Assembly (NCBI RefSeq): GCF_009914755.1
Contig: NC_060925.1
From: the human T2T-CHM13v2.0 reference genome, Homo sapiens
Length of the DNA: 64,000 nt
Strand: one strand, 5' to 3'
Below the pieces are notes generated by a model. The model was not told the DNA's origin and made no database searches. It was given only the letters and a program-made list of their open reading frames with translations. Every line of letters starts with the position of its first letter. Position 1 is the first letter of the stretch. Positions 26,611 through 41,779 of the stretch are shown here, piece by piece. A program made the translations under genes and the position numbers.

Positions 26611-29600
26611 GTAAGATAAGACTTGGAGGTATCTACAGTGCTTTTCAGATTCTCGCATTAGCACCAGTGATCTAGCAGTGTAGAAAATGGAACATTTGAG
26701 TTTTGTTCCTAAAACATACTGCAAGTGTGAAATGAATGGAGACCAGGTCAGATGAAGAGTACATAAATGCACTGTGTGCTAAATTGTCATTGTGCTACTA
26801 GCTTTTTCCAGATAAAATATGCTTTTAACTGTAGAGTCTTTAAAATTACTGCTTATCAGAATACATAGCTAATTCTAGGTAAGTCGAGTAATAAATGAAT
26901 TTTTAAAGTCAGTTTTTTGTTTCATATCTGTTGAGGTGGTAGGTGACTTTTTTGTTTTGTGATTGTTAGTGATTTTAAAAAAATAATTTTGGGACATGAA
27001 TAAGTGTTTTAATCTTAGTTCTAACTTATTTTTAAGATAATGTATAAAGTCTAACTTAATGTATTGTACCATCATGTTTATAGCATATAAACCAGTGAGT
27101 TTTTGATTTATTGACTTATCTTTACAATACTTAAGGAAAGGGAAAACTAAGTTCCCACTTCTGAAATTGCATGGTCAGTTACTTTAATTTTTGATTCCAA
27201 AATGCTGTTATCTTTAAGAGCTTCTTTTTTTAAAAAAATGGACTTTAAAATTTATAGCTATTTTTTAAATACCCAGCAAATAAATTCAAGAACCCTCTGT
27301 AAAACTTGCACTGAGCCTGCCACCTTTAATATACATGTTTACAAGGTATGTAAATATAGTAGGGTAACGTCCTTAAACAGTATAATGATGAAATGTAAGG
27401 AAAAAACACGATGAAATTAAATCACTTTTACTGTGAAAGCCAGGCCACTTCAGATTTTTTTGGAGGCTATATTTTCTTTCAGATTAAGGTACCTTTAAAA
27501 ATTGAGTAGCTGTACCTTAGTTTTTTCTAGCAGGGACCATAGCAATATAGGGAGCATGTACATTTTAAAGGCAATTCTAACACAGTGATTTTGTGACTAC
27601 ATGCTGGGTTGCCAATCAACATTATAAATTGAGGAGATCTGATTTTTAAAAATTAATATTCACTTGAATTATTTTCTACTTATCTAAAATGTTTGTCTGC
27701 TTAATCTACTGTATAGTGCATTGGCAAATTAAAGTTACGCCTAGAAATATATAGCTTGCCTTTGATAGATACCACATGCTTAGCCAACACATACTTTGCC
27801 TGGCATATATGATGTGCTTATTCTTGCTTTCTGACAATGGACTGTTCATATAATGGCTTTATTGCAGATTTTCTTTGGTCATCTTCTTGATGTATTACAT
27901 CATGTTGTTTAATTGTAATCTCTTATTTGCAGAATACACGTGGTTAGTCTTTCAAAGCCTACTAATGATGGTAACATTCGTATAAAGGGAAGGTTTATGT
28001 ATAAGGATGTACTGACTTGAAGAAGTCCTCTCTTTTGTGCTTTATCCCACCCCTAACATGTATGTATTTTCTTATAGTTTGCTGAGTAGTATAACTGAAT
28101 AGGGAAGATATTAGTTATGAAAATAATATATACAGAAAATACACAATTAATAGATGCACATTTTTTCTTGAGTTAATATTAAATTGCTATTTTAACCAAA
28201 AGGATATTTAATTTTAGATAGCTAATTTTTAGATAATGATAAGTCTTCTTAAACCCTTGGTAATATTTTTCTTAATGTAGAGTTTTGGTTCTGAACACAA
28301 TAGTGTGACCTTTCTTTTTCTTATAATAGATTTTTGATGTGCTAAGAACATAGAGCTATAAATACTGGAGTTTTTTACTTTTCCAAAGAACCCCAATTTT
28401 AAAATGATTAAAGAGCTAGTTTTACTCATGCATTATACAAATTTTCTGGCAGCAAAAGGAACAATTAAATGGTATCTGAAGTTACCTACGCTAATAAGAT
28501 GATATTCTTTTAGTTGAGTTAAAACAAAATGTTACAATTGCCAAAAAAAATAGGACTTTGATATAATGCTCTATAATATAGATTAAAATAATTCATTAAT
28601 CATTAAACTTGTGAAATAACTTTAGTTTTGACTATGATTCATTTTCACCCTTTTTTCTTTCAACTCACACATTCCCCTTCTGATGTTTCTTAGTAAAACA
28701 GTTTCACAGTTTGTTTTCAGCTCATGACTAAGTCTTTATTTATATTTATTTCTATTGTTTTATCTGAATACATGCTTAACATTTTTCAAATTTATTTTCA
28801 TACAACATGCAATGAAAATCTCTTTCTAGAAAATAGACATGTATCTTACATATTTTTATGACTTTTTCAAATCTTAAAAATTTTGCCTTTCCCGGGGAAC
28901 CCTGATAAAGTCTCTAGCCTAATGCTTCATGCTTTCCCCTTGCTTCGCCTTTTTGTCTCTTGAGCACCCTAATGTCTTTCCAATGAATATAGATGGCTCT
29001 GTATGGTCTGCTCTACCTCCTGTCTCTAAGACTCGTGAGAATAATAAACTTTTCTTTCTTGAGTTTCCAAAAAATTTCATGTGCTTTTTTACATAGATGA
29101 AATGGTTATATGAGGAAATAAGAGCATAAGTACTTTATTTTTGCCTCTTTGTCATAGTGAAATGTAACCAGCCTTTCACGATCAACAATTGGTATTTTTC
29201 CAAACCATGCACTTAAGTTAGAAATTCCAAGATATGCACTTAGAAGTCTCTAAAAACATGTTATTACTTTACAGTAGACAGTAGGCTTCTTTTAAGAAGA
29301 TTGGATTGTTTTGATTCCAGCATTGAAATTAAAGTAATTTTCATGATGAAGCTAAACAATGCAGAGGATGCAGTTTATATGCAAACCCACTAAACAGTTT
29401 TTATTTGTAGATTTCATATTTCAGTCAGATGGATGTGTAGTTCTGGCTTTAAAAACCCAAATTATGAACTGTGGACTAATGGCAGAAGATTTAAGAAATA
29501 TTTATGAAATTCTGACTCTGGGCTATTTAAAAATATCTGGGGGAAATGTGGATATTCAATGTGTTATCACTAATCAGAGTATTTACAAAATCCTAAATCT

Positions 29601-31129
29601 GGAAGGAATTTGGATGATTATCTCATTGCTTCCTTTTACCCTTGGGCAGGACCACAATTACTCCATCTTTAACATATGGGAATCTGCCCTACTTTTAAGA
29701 CTCTAGAGAAAATAATTCTAAAATCTCACTTAGTATACAATCTTACTACTTTATAGTCCAGGTACTAGAAAATTATTTGTTATGATTTATCTATATTATT
29801 TATATATTATATATAATCTTTTTTCCCCTCAGTGGATATTATTAATAAAAAAGATGCGTAAGAGCCTGCATGAATCTGAAGATCATTATTAACTGGTGCC
29901 AGCGTTTTCTTTTTCATTCACTCAACATATGTAATTGAGCACTGCTGTGAGCAAGAAGAGAAAAAAAATCTGATTCAACCCACATGTATTCCAACACCTA
30001 CTATATTTTAAGTTTTTTACTAGAATGTCTGCATATGTTATCCCATTTAAGTTTCATTTGGAATATAAGTATACTCCAAATTCATGATCCTTTCAATATT
30101 ACCTGCTGCAGATATCAAAAGTATTTTGAATTGCTCTAGCTTCTTATAGGTGTTTATACTCCATTCATCATTATTTTGACTCTGAATCACTATCTCAAAT
30201 TTCAAAATTTTTCTTTGAATTTTGAAACCCAAAAGTGGATACCATACTCTTTGTTAGACGATATGAGAAAATATAGATATGAAACATGTAATAAGTTGCA
30301 AAGTGTCAATGGAACCTTCAGAATTACTGAATTGGAAAATTACTGCCAGAGTTCTCAGGTCAGCATAGTATTTATCCCCAATCCCACATCAGGGATGACA
30401 ACTTATGAAGCACAGTGTTATCCTACTTGGCCTGTATGGCCTGCCTGTGCTTGCCTGGTACTTGTCACACAGTGTCCAGCTTTTATAACCTTCCCTTCTT
30501 TGTTGATATCCCAACTTCAGTCGTCAGTTCTCTTTCATCATTAGCAACTTGATGCTCTCTGAAGAAAGCTACTGCAATGGTCTTGAATATATCCTGGGCC
30601 CACTGCACCCCCCTGACCCACCCCCGCCCCCCACCCTGCTGCATTGCTGCTCCTTTTTGGAGCTCTCTTCTTGTATTTGTGAGGACTACCCTCTATCTCT
30701 CTGTCCATGCTTGCACACAGGAAACAATATTTTTGTAATTAGAAGTTAGTAGGAGAAAAGAGGCTTGTATTCCTTCTTCTCGTTTAGTTTTACCTGTATC
30801 TTGGAAATCTTTTCTCGTTTTAACAAAGGTTTATGAAGTCTTTACTTGTCTATCTAATATTTGAATACAAAAGTTTTAAAAGCCATAGTTAGTACTCTAA
30901 AGGGACTTATATTTGGCAAGACAACACTGGATTAAGTGGAGAATAGGAAAAAAAACAGTGAATATGGCATATGATTGACCTTAGAACTGCCGACATGCTT
31001 GCTGTATTATACAACTTAGTCCTAGTTTGTTAGCTAACTCTACTGAATCTGTGCTAGTAATATTGATCAATTGCCTTGAATTCTATCCTGGTAATATTGG
31101 AAATTTTTTGAGAGATGTCTGTCTTTACA

Positions 31130-32040
31130 TGTTTATTGATTCAACATTTGTTTGAACAAAACAGTTGTTAAGAGCCTACTATGCACCAGGCTCTGATCTG
31201 GGCTTAGGAGACACAAAATGAGAAAAAGCCCTTGTCTTCAAAGAACTCCTATACTAGCTGGAAGACAAACTTATGCAATAATAATTAACCAATGGTGTGG
31301 GAATAATGCTACTGAAGCATGTTGTTCAACTTGTCATGAGGGCACAGAAGAAATAACTACCACTAGAGAGTGAGTCAATGTGTTAAGGGAAGTTTCGAGA
31401 AGAGATGACATTTGTGTGGGGTTGTGACAAATGAATAGGAGTTTTCTAGGAGAAAAGTGGGCAGGAAAGGTATTTTTTGGCCAAGGGAGCAATAATTAGG
31501 AAATCCTGTTAACAAATAATAACAATAATAGCTCTAATATATTCAGCACTTATATAATGTGTTGGATATTAATTATAAATGTATTTACTCATTTAAGCAT
31601 ATAAAACCCCCTGAGTTATATACTATTATATTATTTTCATTTTATAGGAAAAGGAATAAAGGTCAGACAGGACAAGTAATTTGTTCAAGTTTACACAGAA
31701 AATAACCAGCTGAGTTGGGATTTGACTCTGAGCACGAGTGAAAATACACATAGTTCACTGGGGTTTCAGCCTAAGGATGCAAGGTGGGAAAGCTAGGAAG
31801 TAAGACTGTGCCAGCAGATTGGAGCCATTTGCTAGGGCTTCCAATATCATGAACAAGAGTTGGAGTTTTAGCCCATCCATTCTCGGTGAGGAGCCACGAC
31901 AGGTTATGAGAAGGGGATTGCCATGTATTATTTTTATTTTGGAAAGGTACTTTGCAGGTCAGGTAGAGAATGGATTAGAGGACAAGGAGCTTAAAGGTAA
32001 CTGGAAAAGGGACAATGTGCATTTGAGAGATAATGACTTC
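31130..32040 (-). repeat. L2 interrupted by a MIR (~31520-31735)
   Basis: 'gagcctactatgcaccaggc..'; MIR 'aagtaatttgttcaagtttacacag..gggatttgactc'. Confidence 0.65.
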
Positions 32041-32789
32041 TACTTATTTTGTATATCCCGTAACATTGAAAACTATGCATATGACATGTTTTATGACTTA
32101 ACAAATTATGGTTTATGGAAACTGGGAGGAAAGCATGTGAACTTGGTGTCTCTTGCATTTATCACTTACACCATGATGCTGTAGATAGTACTAGCTGGTA
32201 CAATACCCCCACATGCATCAAACAATCAGCAAAGGTGCATAGGAGGATGTGTGTATCTGAGGAAAACCCTATTAGCTCAGTCCTAATTTACTAGAGGTGC
32301 TTTGTATTTTACTTTAAGTGCAGACTCCTAGTGGGTTAAAAAAAAAAAAAAAGCAGATATTATCTTAGTCCACAATCTGAATCAAATGGCAGTAGAAATC
32401 TATGCCTCATAGCCTGAGTCTGTTGCTTTAATCAGAGCAAGCATTTTATCAGTACATCTATAAATAGTGTTTTCCTGGCCTTTTAGTGTCATCAAGTCTT
32501 CAATATATTGGATTTTTAAAATACTTACAGTAAAAAGGGCTTTGCAAAGTAATGGTGACAACCCCCAGGACACATGCCGGAAGGTGGCCCAGCAAGCTTG
32601 CCAGCTGCCTTTCTGCTAAAGGCTAAACCCATTTTGCTAAATCCCACTTGCGTTCTCTTTCCATTCCTTTCTGTTTTGTTATCTCTCAGTTTTTCTCCTT
32701 GGATGTTTATAGTGCTTCCTTCTCTAACATCACTGTCAATGCACTTGCAACATTATGCTAGAAGCATTTAAGCGATTTCTTAGAAAAAA

Positions 32790-33285
32790 ATCTCAAACGC
32801 TTACCATGGTTTTCAGGCCCTACATTATCTGGCCCCAGGCTGCTTCCAACCTCCTCTCCTGTTCTCCAGCCCTGTGAGCCTGCTTTCTGTTGTTCAGCAA
32901 ACTAAGCCTGTATTCACTTCTGGCCTTTGCACTTGGTTTTCTTCTGCCTGGAAGAAAAGTACCTGGATGTTAACACGGTTTCTCCTTATGTCCATTCAGG
33001 ATTCTACTATCTCCAGGTATCACTATCCGGAGAGGCCTTTGCTGACCTCCCTATCTAAAATAGCACCCTTTCGCCTTTTACTTCCTTGTCTTTTTGGTAC
33101 TTATTATTACCTGAAAATACATTATAGACATGCTTATTTGTTATATTGTCTTATCCTTTCATCATCTGCCATCCCTGCTAAATTTCATGAGGGCAGTGAT
33201 TCTGTCTTGTTTTCAGTATCCTCAGAGCATACAAGAAAGGCAGTCATTTAACAAATACTTGTTGAAGAAATAAAGAATGAATATG
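32790..33285 (+). repeat. L2a 3' end
   Basis: 'ggcctttgcacttgg..cagagaggcctt-like..catgagggcag..aaatacttgttgaag..gaatgaat'. Confidence 0.75.
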
Positions 33286-34899
33286 GTTTCTGTTTCCTGC
33301 TCTTTATTCTATGAGCATTTTTCCTATAGCTTGATATGATGGAAATGGAAAGGAAGCTTTGTTGATACTTACTCTATAAGCATTCTTCTCCAATCATCTC
33401 TCAATAGCTGTGCTCTCTTTCTGTCAGTAGAGCTACTGCAGCTTGCTTCCTATATTGTATTCTATGATATTGCAGGTATAGATTTAATTATAATATCTCA
33501 CTAGAGCCTAAATGCTTTACATAGTAGCCTATTTAATTAAGTCACCATGTACAAATCATACTACCTAGTCTGTAGTGCTGTAAAGTAAATATTTGTCTGT
33601 AGCACTGTACAATTATTTATTTGGTTTTTCTTCATGCATCAAGTAGCATGGTTGGTGCATCAGCTCAGGAAAGCTCTACATATCTCTCACCAAATGCCTG
33701 AGGAGAAGTGTTGTATGGGGGAATCTACTTGTTATTTTGCCTTCAAAATATTTACATAGTGTACATTAGAATGCTTAATTATCTATATTTTTCCACTGAT
33801 GCAACATTTACAATATTAACTCTAGCAGCAGCTACAGCAATTTGAGCTTTTAATAGGATTTCCCCAGGGAACTTGGAAGTAAGAAGTCTATGACTTGCAG
33901 AGTGAGGAAATTGCAAGTTAATAACCCTTGTACTCTAGAAAAGACGTCACTGAGAGGGAAACTGTTCACTTGGTTCTGCCTCATTTTTTCTTTCCTGAAC
34001 TAGGAGGTTGGGGACCTCTGTCACTGGTAGTAATTTGTTTGACATAAATATGTTTGAATACCACTGTGTACTTTAGGTTGAAATGAAAAATAACTCAACT
34101 TCTCAGGTTGCTTCTTCCTGGAACTTAGGGAGAATGAGGATGACTGCTTCTCAAAACCTTTGTAAAGAGAATGCCTATGAGATGATGTGCTCCCTTGACA
34201 GACCAAGGCTTGTCCTCCTCTTCCAAACTATACCTCTCAAAACTCAGCTTTATTGCAAACTATGCAGATTGGAAGTCAGGGGATGGAGGATAGTGTAGCT
34301 TCAAAGAGTGCTTCTTTCAAACTGTATTTTCTGGAAAATCAGTGATCTAGGAACCATTTGGAGATTCCTCGAAAAAGAGGGTGGTGATGATCTGTTTCCT
34401 GGTTCTCGGTCAGAACAAAGCAACATGGATGATTATATGCTTGGAGAATTTTGGAGGATTCTCACACAAATTCTATAATCTCCAAGTACTTGAAAACCAC
34501 CAGTTTAAGAGTTAAATGAGTAGAGGGAGAAAAGAAATCTGTTTAGTTGTGCTTGATAAAGTCACAGACATTTCCAGATAATTTATAATATTAAAATCAT
34601 CTTCATCTAATATGTCCAGGAATGGCAGCAGGATAAATGAGGAGGATGAAAGCAACTGTGGGTCAGGGAGACATCACTGGTAGTGAACATTTAAAATTTC
34701 AAAGTTGAAAGAATAGTACAATGAACACCTTTTACCTAGATATACTAATTGTTAGTGGTTTCTCTTATTTACCTCTTTGTCTCTTTCTGTGTATAAAATC
34801 ATATATATGTTTTCTTTATGTTGAAGAGAGCACATTTCGATGGAGAGCAATAGTTTTGGGATCAAAAGAAAAATATTATTTATTTTAAAACAGTTTCCA

Positions 34900-35810
<911 letters not shown>

Positions 35811-36189
35811 TTTTTAAGAGCACACTGACATATTGGCAAGTTATGAATACATTTGTAGCACCGGTTTAAAAAAGAAAACTATTAAAATATAGTAGAGGGC
35901 TAAAGGCATCTATCATAACATGATTTTTCTTGCTGATAAATTATTGGTTTTCATTTCTTAAAATGGTTTCTAAGAGATGATGTCTATAAGATTCAAATTT
36001 TCTTCCTCAAGAAGGAAGTTTTTTTAAAAAAATAAATCTATAATAATTTTATAATATATATGAAACACTATATAATGCCTTAATGTAGTATACTGTAGAA
36101 CTTGGGGTTCTATCACTGTATAATTTTGACGTTGTCTGGAATTTATTTTTCATGGTGAATCTTTGTTTTATGTGACTTCATCTGGAGTT

Positions 36190-36460
36190 GAGAATGCTAG
36201 GTTGGGTATCAGTATTTTACCTTGATTTGCTCTTGAAACTTTAGATCAATCCTAGAACTAATTTAATTGTCCTAGACCTCAATTCTTTAACTGGCAAAAT
36301 GGAGAAAAGAGTTTTATATTCAGATATTTGCAAATGTTAATTTAATTTAAAAAATATCTACCTAGACTGTGAGTTACCTATTTCTTGAGATAATGTATTA
36401 AAGTACTTAGAACAGTACTTCAAGCATTATAAGTTGTTTAATAGATGTTACTGTTTAATT
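36190..36460 (+). repeat. MIR
   Basis: 'gacctcaattctttaactggcaaaatgg..aagtacttagaacagt'. Confidence 0.55.
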
Positions 36461-37449
36461 ATCTGACTAAATCTCTAAACATACACAAACATTCATATTA
36501 TTGTCAGGGTTGGTTGGTAAAGCAGGAACTAGTTTTTTTTTATTTTTTGAAAAGCATCAGTATGTATGGACTGTGCCAATTTGGAAGAGTCAAAGTGCAT
36601 GTGGGTTAGTAAAGAAGTACATTTATAATATCCACAGTGTGACAATTCAGTATACTAAGAAACAAAGTATCATTCATTTGCTGTCATGTAATAATCATAT
36701 CCTAATGAACCAAGCTAAATTATACTAAAATGCACTAATTATCAGAAGACCCAGTGTGAATAGCTTACATTCCCGATAAGAAATTTTATTGTCTTGTTTT
36801 GCTCTCATCAATACATTTAAAAAAAAAAACATTTATCATCTTCACTCTGTGAAAGAGATAGGAAGAGAACCACTTTGAAGTCATTCCATCCACTTGTACC
36901 AATAAGCTTAAAAGTAACAAGACAAAGCAAAACATAAGAAGATGCCTTGTCTATTTCAGGATCCGCATATTAAAAGCCAATATAGGATTCAGTGAACAAA
37001 TGCCTTGGAAGAATTCCAGTGTCATCAAACTTATTTATCTCAAAACGTCTCCTTCCATCCTTTCTGATCCTCTACAAAATTAATAAGCTGAGACTATTTG
37101 TTGCAGCACAGAGGATCTGAGCATGCTTCTGTGGCTTATTTCTGCTGTAATTCCCTCAGCAGTTTATACAGGAATTCTTTATCTCACCATCAGGATTCTT
37201 TAGGCCAGAAGAGAGGTCAGAGAAGACTGGACAAATAAACTATGGGATCTAAGTCTTTCTTGCTAAGGTCCTAACTGCCCAAGACTTCCTCCTGAGAGTC
37301 TACTGTTGAAATTCATATGCAAATTTCAGTTTCATGGGATTAACCCTGGCTGTTGTCTTTACCTGTCAGCCTGCTCAGCCAGGTGTGAGTTCACCCATAA
37401 AACAGTGTCTTTCACATGCTCATTTATGAAAACGACATAGAGACTTTAG

Positions 37450-37680
37450 GATGCCAGGTGATATGATGCAAAAAGCACAGCATTTGGTTTCTAACTGCAT
37501 CTTTTACCATACACTGTTTTTGGGCAAACCATTCAACCTATCTTAGAAAAAGTAGAAAAATTAGAAAAATTAGAAAAACTCTACTTGTATTTCATTAGGC
37601 CTTTATGAAGATTAAATGAAGTAATGTGTGTATGATGGTTAGTATAATCCCTGGCCAATGGCAGGTAATAAAAGCAGTCC
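37450..37680 (+). repeat. MIR containing a short (TAGAAAAAK)4 tandem
   Basis: 'tatgaagattaaatgaagtaatg'; tandem at ~37543-37580. Confidence 0.55.
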
Positions 37681-38214
37681 TTAGTTCACTAATGTATCGA
37701 GAGCTTATGATTTTGTGTAAAATTTATATAATATGTATCATAATGTAAACTACTTAAAGATCTTTATAACATGGTTTAATTAAATCAGTTTCATTGAGCA
37801 AATGTGGTGCATCTTAAATCCATTCTTTTAGACCACTTAGATATTACTTAGTTTCATAGGATATGACTTTATCATAAAGCACATATTAATTATCCTTACC
37901 ACAATAAAATAAAAAGTAATAAATCCTTATGTGTTATGGTGTGTAATCACTCTCATTCATCACAGAGACCATTCCAAATTGCAGATTTTGTCCATAGAAT
38001 AATCTTTTTTCTTTAAAATTCCAGTTACCTTCTTGAATTTGATACTTTCTCCATTAGTGAAACTATTAATAGATACCAATGAAGCACTGTTTTTTTTAAG
38101 TTAACGTAAAAAACATTTAATGGTCTTTTCAAAGTGCCAGAACATCTCTGAAGTTGTTTTCCTGAGTGGGATCTAACCTCCTAGTGACTTGTTTATATCA
38201 GAAAGTTTATTCAT

Positions 38215-38400
38215 GAGAGGCAGTGGAAAAGCACCTAGGGATCTAGATTGACAGAATCTAGACATGTTTCCTGGCACCACCACTTACAAACTGTTTATTT
38301 ATTTGTTTATTTATTTATTTATTTTTTGAGTGGAGAAGGAGTAGTTCTTTAACCTTTGGGAGCATCAACTTCCTCATCAGTAAATAAGAGATAAAACAAT
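38215..38400 (+). repeat. MIR with internal (TTTA)n
   Basis: 'cctggcaccaccacttac..taacctttgggagcatcaacttcctcatcagtaaa'. Confidence 0.6.
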
Positions 38401-39932
38401 ATCACTGATTTCTCTACTTATATGATTTTATATGATTATATAACATTTACAAATATTAATTAGTATGGTTGAGAAGCATGGGAAAAGAAAGATAAAGATT
38501 ACTTTACAGAAAGTAAGGGTACTCCATCATTAAAATATAAAAATCAAAGAGCTTGACTTAAGTGCCGCAGGTGTATTTCGGTATATGTAAAGAGCATCCC
38601 ATTAATAAATATTATCAAATACCATACACATTGCTCCAGATTTATTTTATAAAAGGGGGAAGAGTTTCTGCTTTATGGGACCATGTAAGTGAGAGACTGG
38701 AGACAGGAGACAGACTAAGTGGTACCTTAAGATCTCATCTACCCCACGGGTCTTTATATCACTTTTACGCTTCCTGCAGAAAGATAATAACAAGCTCATA
38801 TAACCAATATATAATGAAGTGAAAGTTGCCTTTATTCAGACAACTTTACAGCATTTAAATCAAATTGCTCTTTATTTCTTGGTCGTTTCAAAGAATATTT
38901 AAGGATGAAAACAAAAATAAAGGTTATTGCTTCTGCTTTGAGAAAGTTTTCCTTCTCACATAATCTTTGATCAGGCTATTGTGTCACTTGGCAACTTAAA
39001 GGCAGGAAAAAGTTATATCTTTAAGTCCAGGGATTCTATTTAAATGAATTGCCATTGAAAAGTGGTTATTCAAATCAACTCACAGCTTAGTAACATTGAA
39101 AAATAAAGTAAACTACTTTTGGGTTTCACAAGGATCATGCCAAGTTTCTGGGTCTGTCTAAATTAATAAAAATAAGACTTAGGAACCTGTATGGAAATTG
39201 TAGATTAAATTAAGCAACTGCTTCATCTGAATAAAGCTTTGCAGAGTCTAATATTATGAAGGAGCTATCTTCATGAATACAGTGCTTGCTTGGGATTCAA
39301 GGGATTTGAGTTTTAATGCCAGCTGAATCCCTAATGCCCACGGAGCACATATGCATTCATTTGATGCTGGTAGCTTTTCTGTCAAGTGGGATTAATAATT
39401 ACCTGCTCTACCACCCTTACCTTATGTATTATAGTATGAATATTCAATACCAGTGTTCACGGAATGCTCTGCCTTTCTGCAAAATAACATGGCAGAAGCA
39501 TTTAGAAAGGAAAAAAAGTTTCTAAAAAAGTTTTATGCGTATCAGATTTTCAAAAATGTGTCTCAGCTTTAAAATACATTAATGAATTTTGTATTTTATA
39601 TGAACCCTAAAAATGCTCTTGCCAAGTACTTAGTTATCTGAAAGCTAAGATAATTGTTTTGGGTTTCTTACAGCATTGCTGCATTTGTGTATGTTAGTCC
39701 TTTGTCAATGGATAAACACCAGATTGACATCGCTTAGTGAGTTAACTCTGATGGGTGGCTAGTATTTTCGTTTTTTATTGATTACAACCAACAGATATTT
39801 ATTGCTGGATAATGCAAACATGAGGCACCATGCCATCAAGGAGCTTTAATCTGGGTAAGGAGAGTATATAGTCATTTGGCATGTCAAATGATTAATTTTT
39901 CATAGATACAAGTGTTAAGAGTATATCAGTAT

Positions 39933-40615
39933 AGCCAGGCATGGTGGTTTGCACCTGTAATTCCAACCACTTGGGAGGCTGAGGCGAGAAAATTGCTTGA
40001 GGCCAGAAGTTTGAGACAAGCCTGGGCAACATGGTGAGTGATATGGTTTGGCTGTATCTCCACCCAAATCTCATCTTGAATTATAGTTCCCTTAATCTTC
40101 ATGTGTCATGGGAGGGACCTGGTGGGAGGTAATTGAATCATGGAGGAGGTTCCCCCATGCTGTTCTCATGATAGTGGGTGAGTTCTCAACAGATCTGATG
40201 ACTTTATGAGGGGCTTTTCCCTGCTCTGCTCTGCACTTTTCCTTCCTGCAATCATGTGAAGGAGGACGTGTTTGCTTCCTCTTCTGCCATGATTGTAAGT
40301 TTCCCGAGGCCTCCTCAGCTATGCGAAATTGTGAGTCAATTAAACCTCTTTCCTTTATAAATTACCCAGTCTCAGGTATTTCCTAACAGCAGTGTGAGAA
40401 TAGACTAATACAGTGAGACTCCCATCTCTACAAAAATTAAAAAAATAATAAATTAGCCAGGCATAGTGGCAAGTGCTTGTAGTGCAAGCTACTCTTGAGG
40501 CTGAGGTGGGAAGATCCTTGAGCCCAGCAATTCCAGGCTTTAGTGAGCCCTGATTGCATCACTGCACTCTAGCTTGGGCAACAGAGTGAAACTTTGACTC
40601 TGAAAAAAATATATA
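39933..40615 (+). mobile_element. AluJ split by a THE1 solo LTR
   Basis: Left arm 39933-40038 resumes at 40413; J-type 'gatccttgagcccag'. Confidence 0.9.
40039..40412 (+). mobile_element. THE1C/D-like solo LTR
   Basis: TGATATGG...CTAATACA, 374 bp, perfect 5-bp TSD GTGAG (40034-38 / 40413-17). Confidence 0.93.
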
Positions 40616-40631
40616 AAAGTATAAAATACAG

Positions 40632-40980
<349 letters not shown>

Positions 40981-41779
40981 CTACCAGGTGGAAATGATCT
41001 AATTATGAAACTACAGGTTTGAAGAGCAATGGTTCCACTTCTTTTTCCAAATGGCTGTGAGCCTTGAGTCTGCCCCTGTTATGGTGACATACTGAGCAAT
41101 TAATCAGTAGTGAGCTATACTTGAGAATCTGGTGTACTAGCAATAGGCTAGGTAGTCTGCTGATGTGAGCAGGTAGGAAATATCTCCTAAGACAGAGGGA
41201 AACAAATTCGCATTTTAATTTTTTTCACATAAAAATTAGGCAATGATAGAACAATTACATCATATATTTCTTATATCATTTAGTCTTCATCTCCATTTGC
41301 AGATGAGAAAGTTGAGACTCAGGAAGGTCGATTAATTGATACCAGGTAAACAAGCTACAAAGAAATAAACCAAGATTTAGTACATGTGTTCTGATTTGGA
41401 GTAACACATTTTATATGCTGACAAGGTCCATAGATACAGAGGTATATCATTACACAACCCGCCCCATCCCCTTTGCAACTTCCAACTCCCAGCTCCTGTG
41501 GGAAAATATCCAGGGTTACTGGATTCACATGTTCCCTTATTAAAAGCTTCCTCCCAGGAAGGCTTGTAAAATTCATTTGCTCTTACACATAATGGACTCA
41601 TGGGGTTTAATTTGGGGAGAATAAACCATTAAACTAGAAGAATTAATTTCTACTTACAGAATTTGGCACATTAGAGAGAAGAGACAAAGGGGAGTATTTT
41701 GGAGGACGAAAGGTTATGTTCCAGGCATGGAACATAGACGATGGGCTGAATGTCCAGGCATGTCATTGTATTTGCAAAC

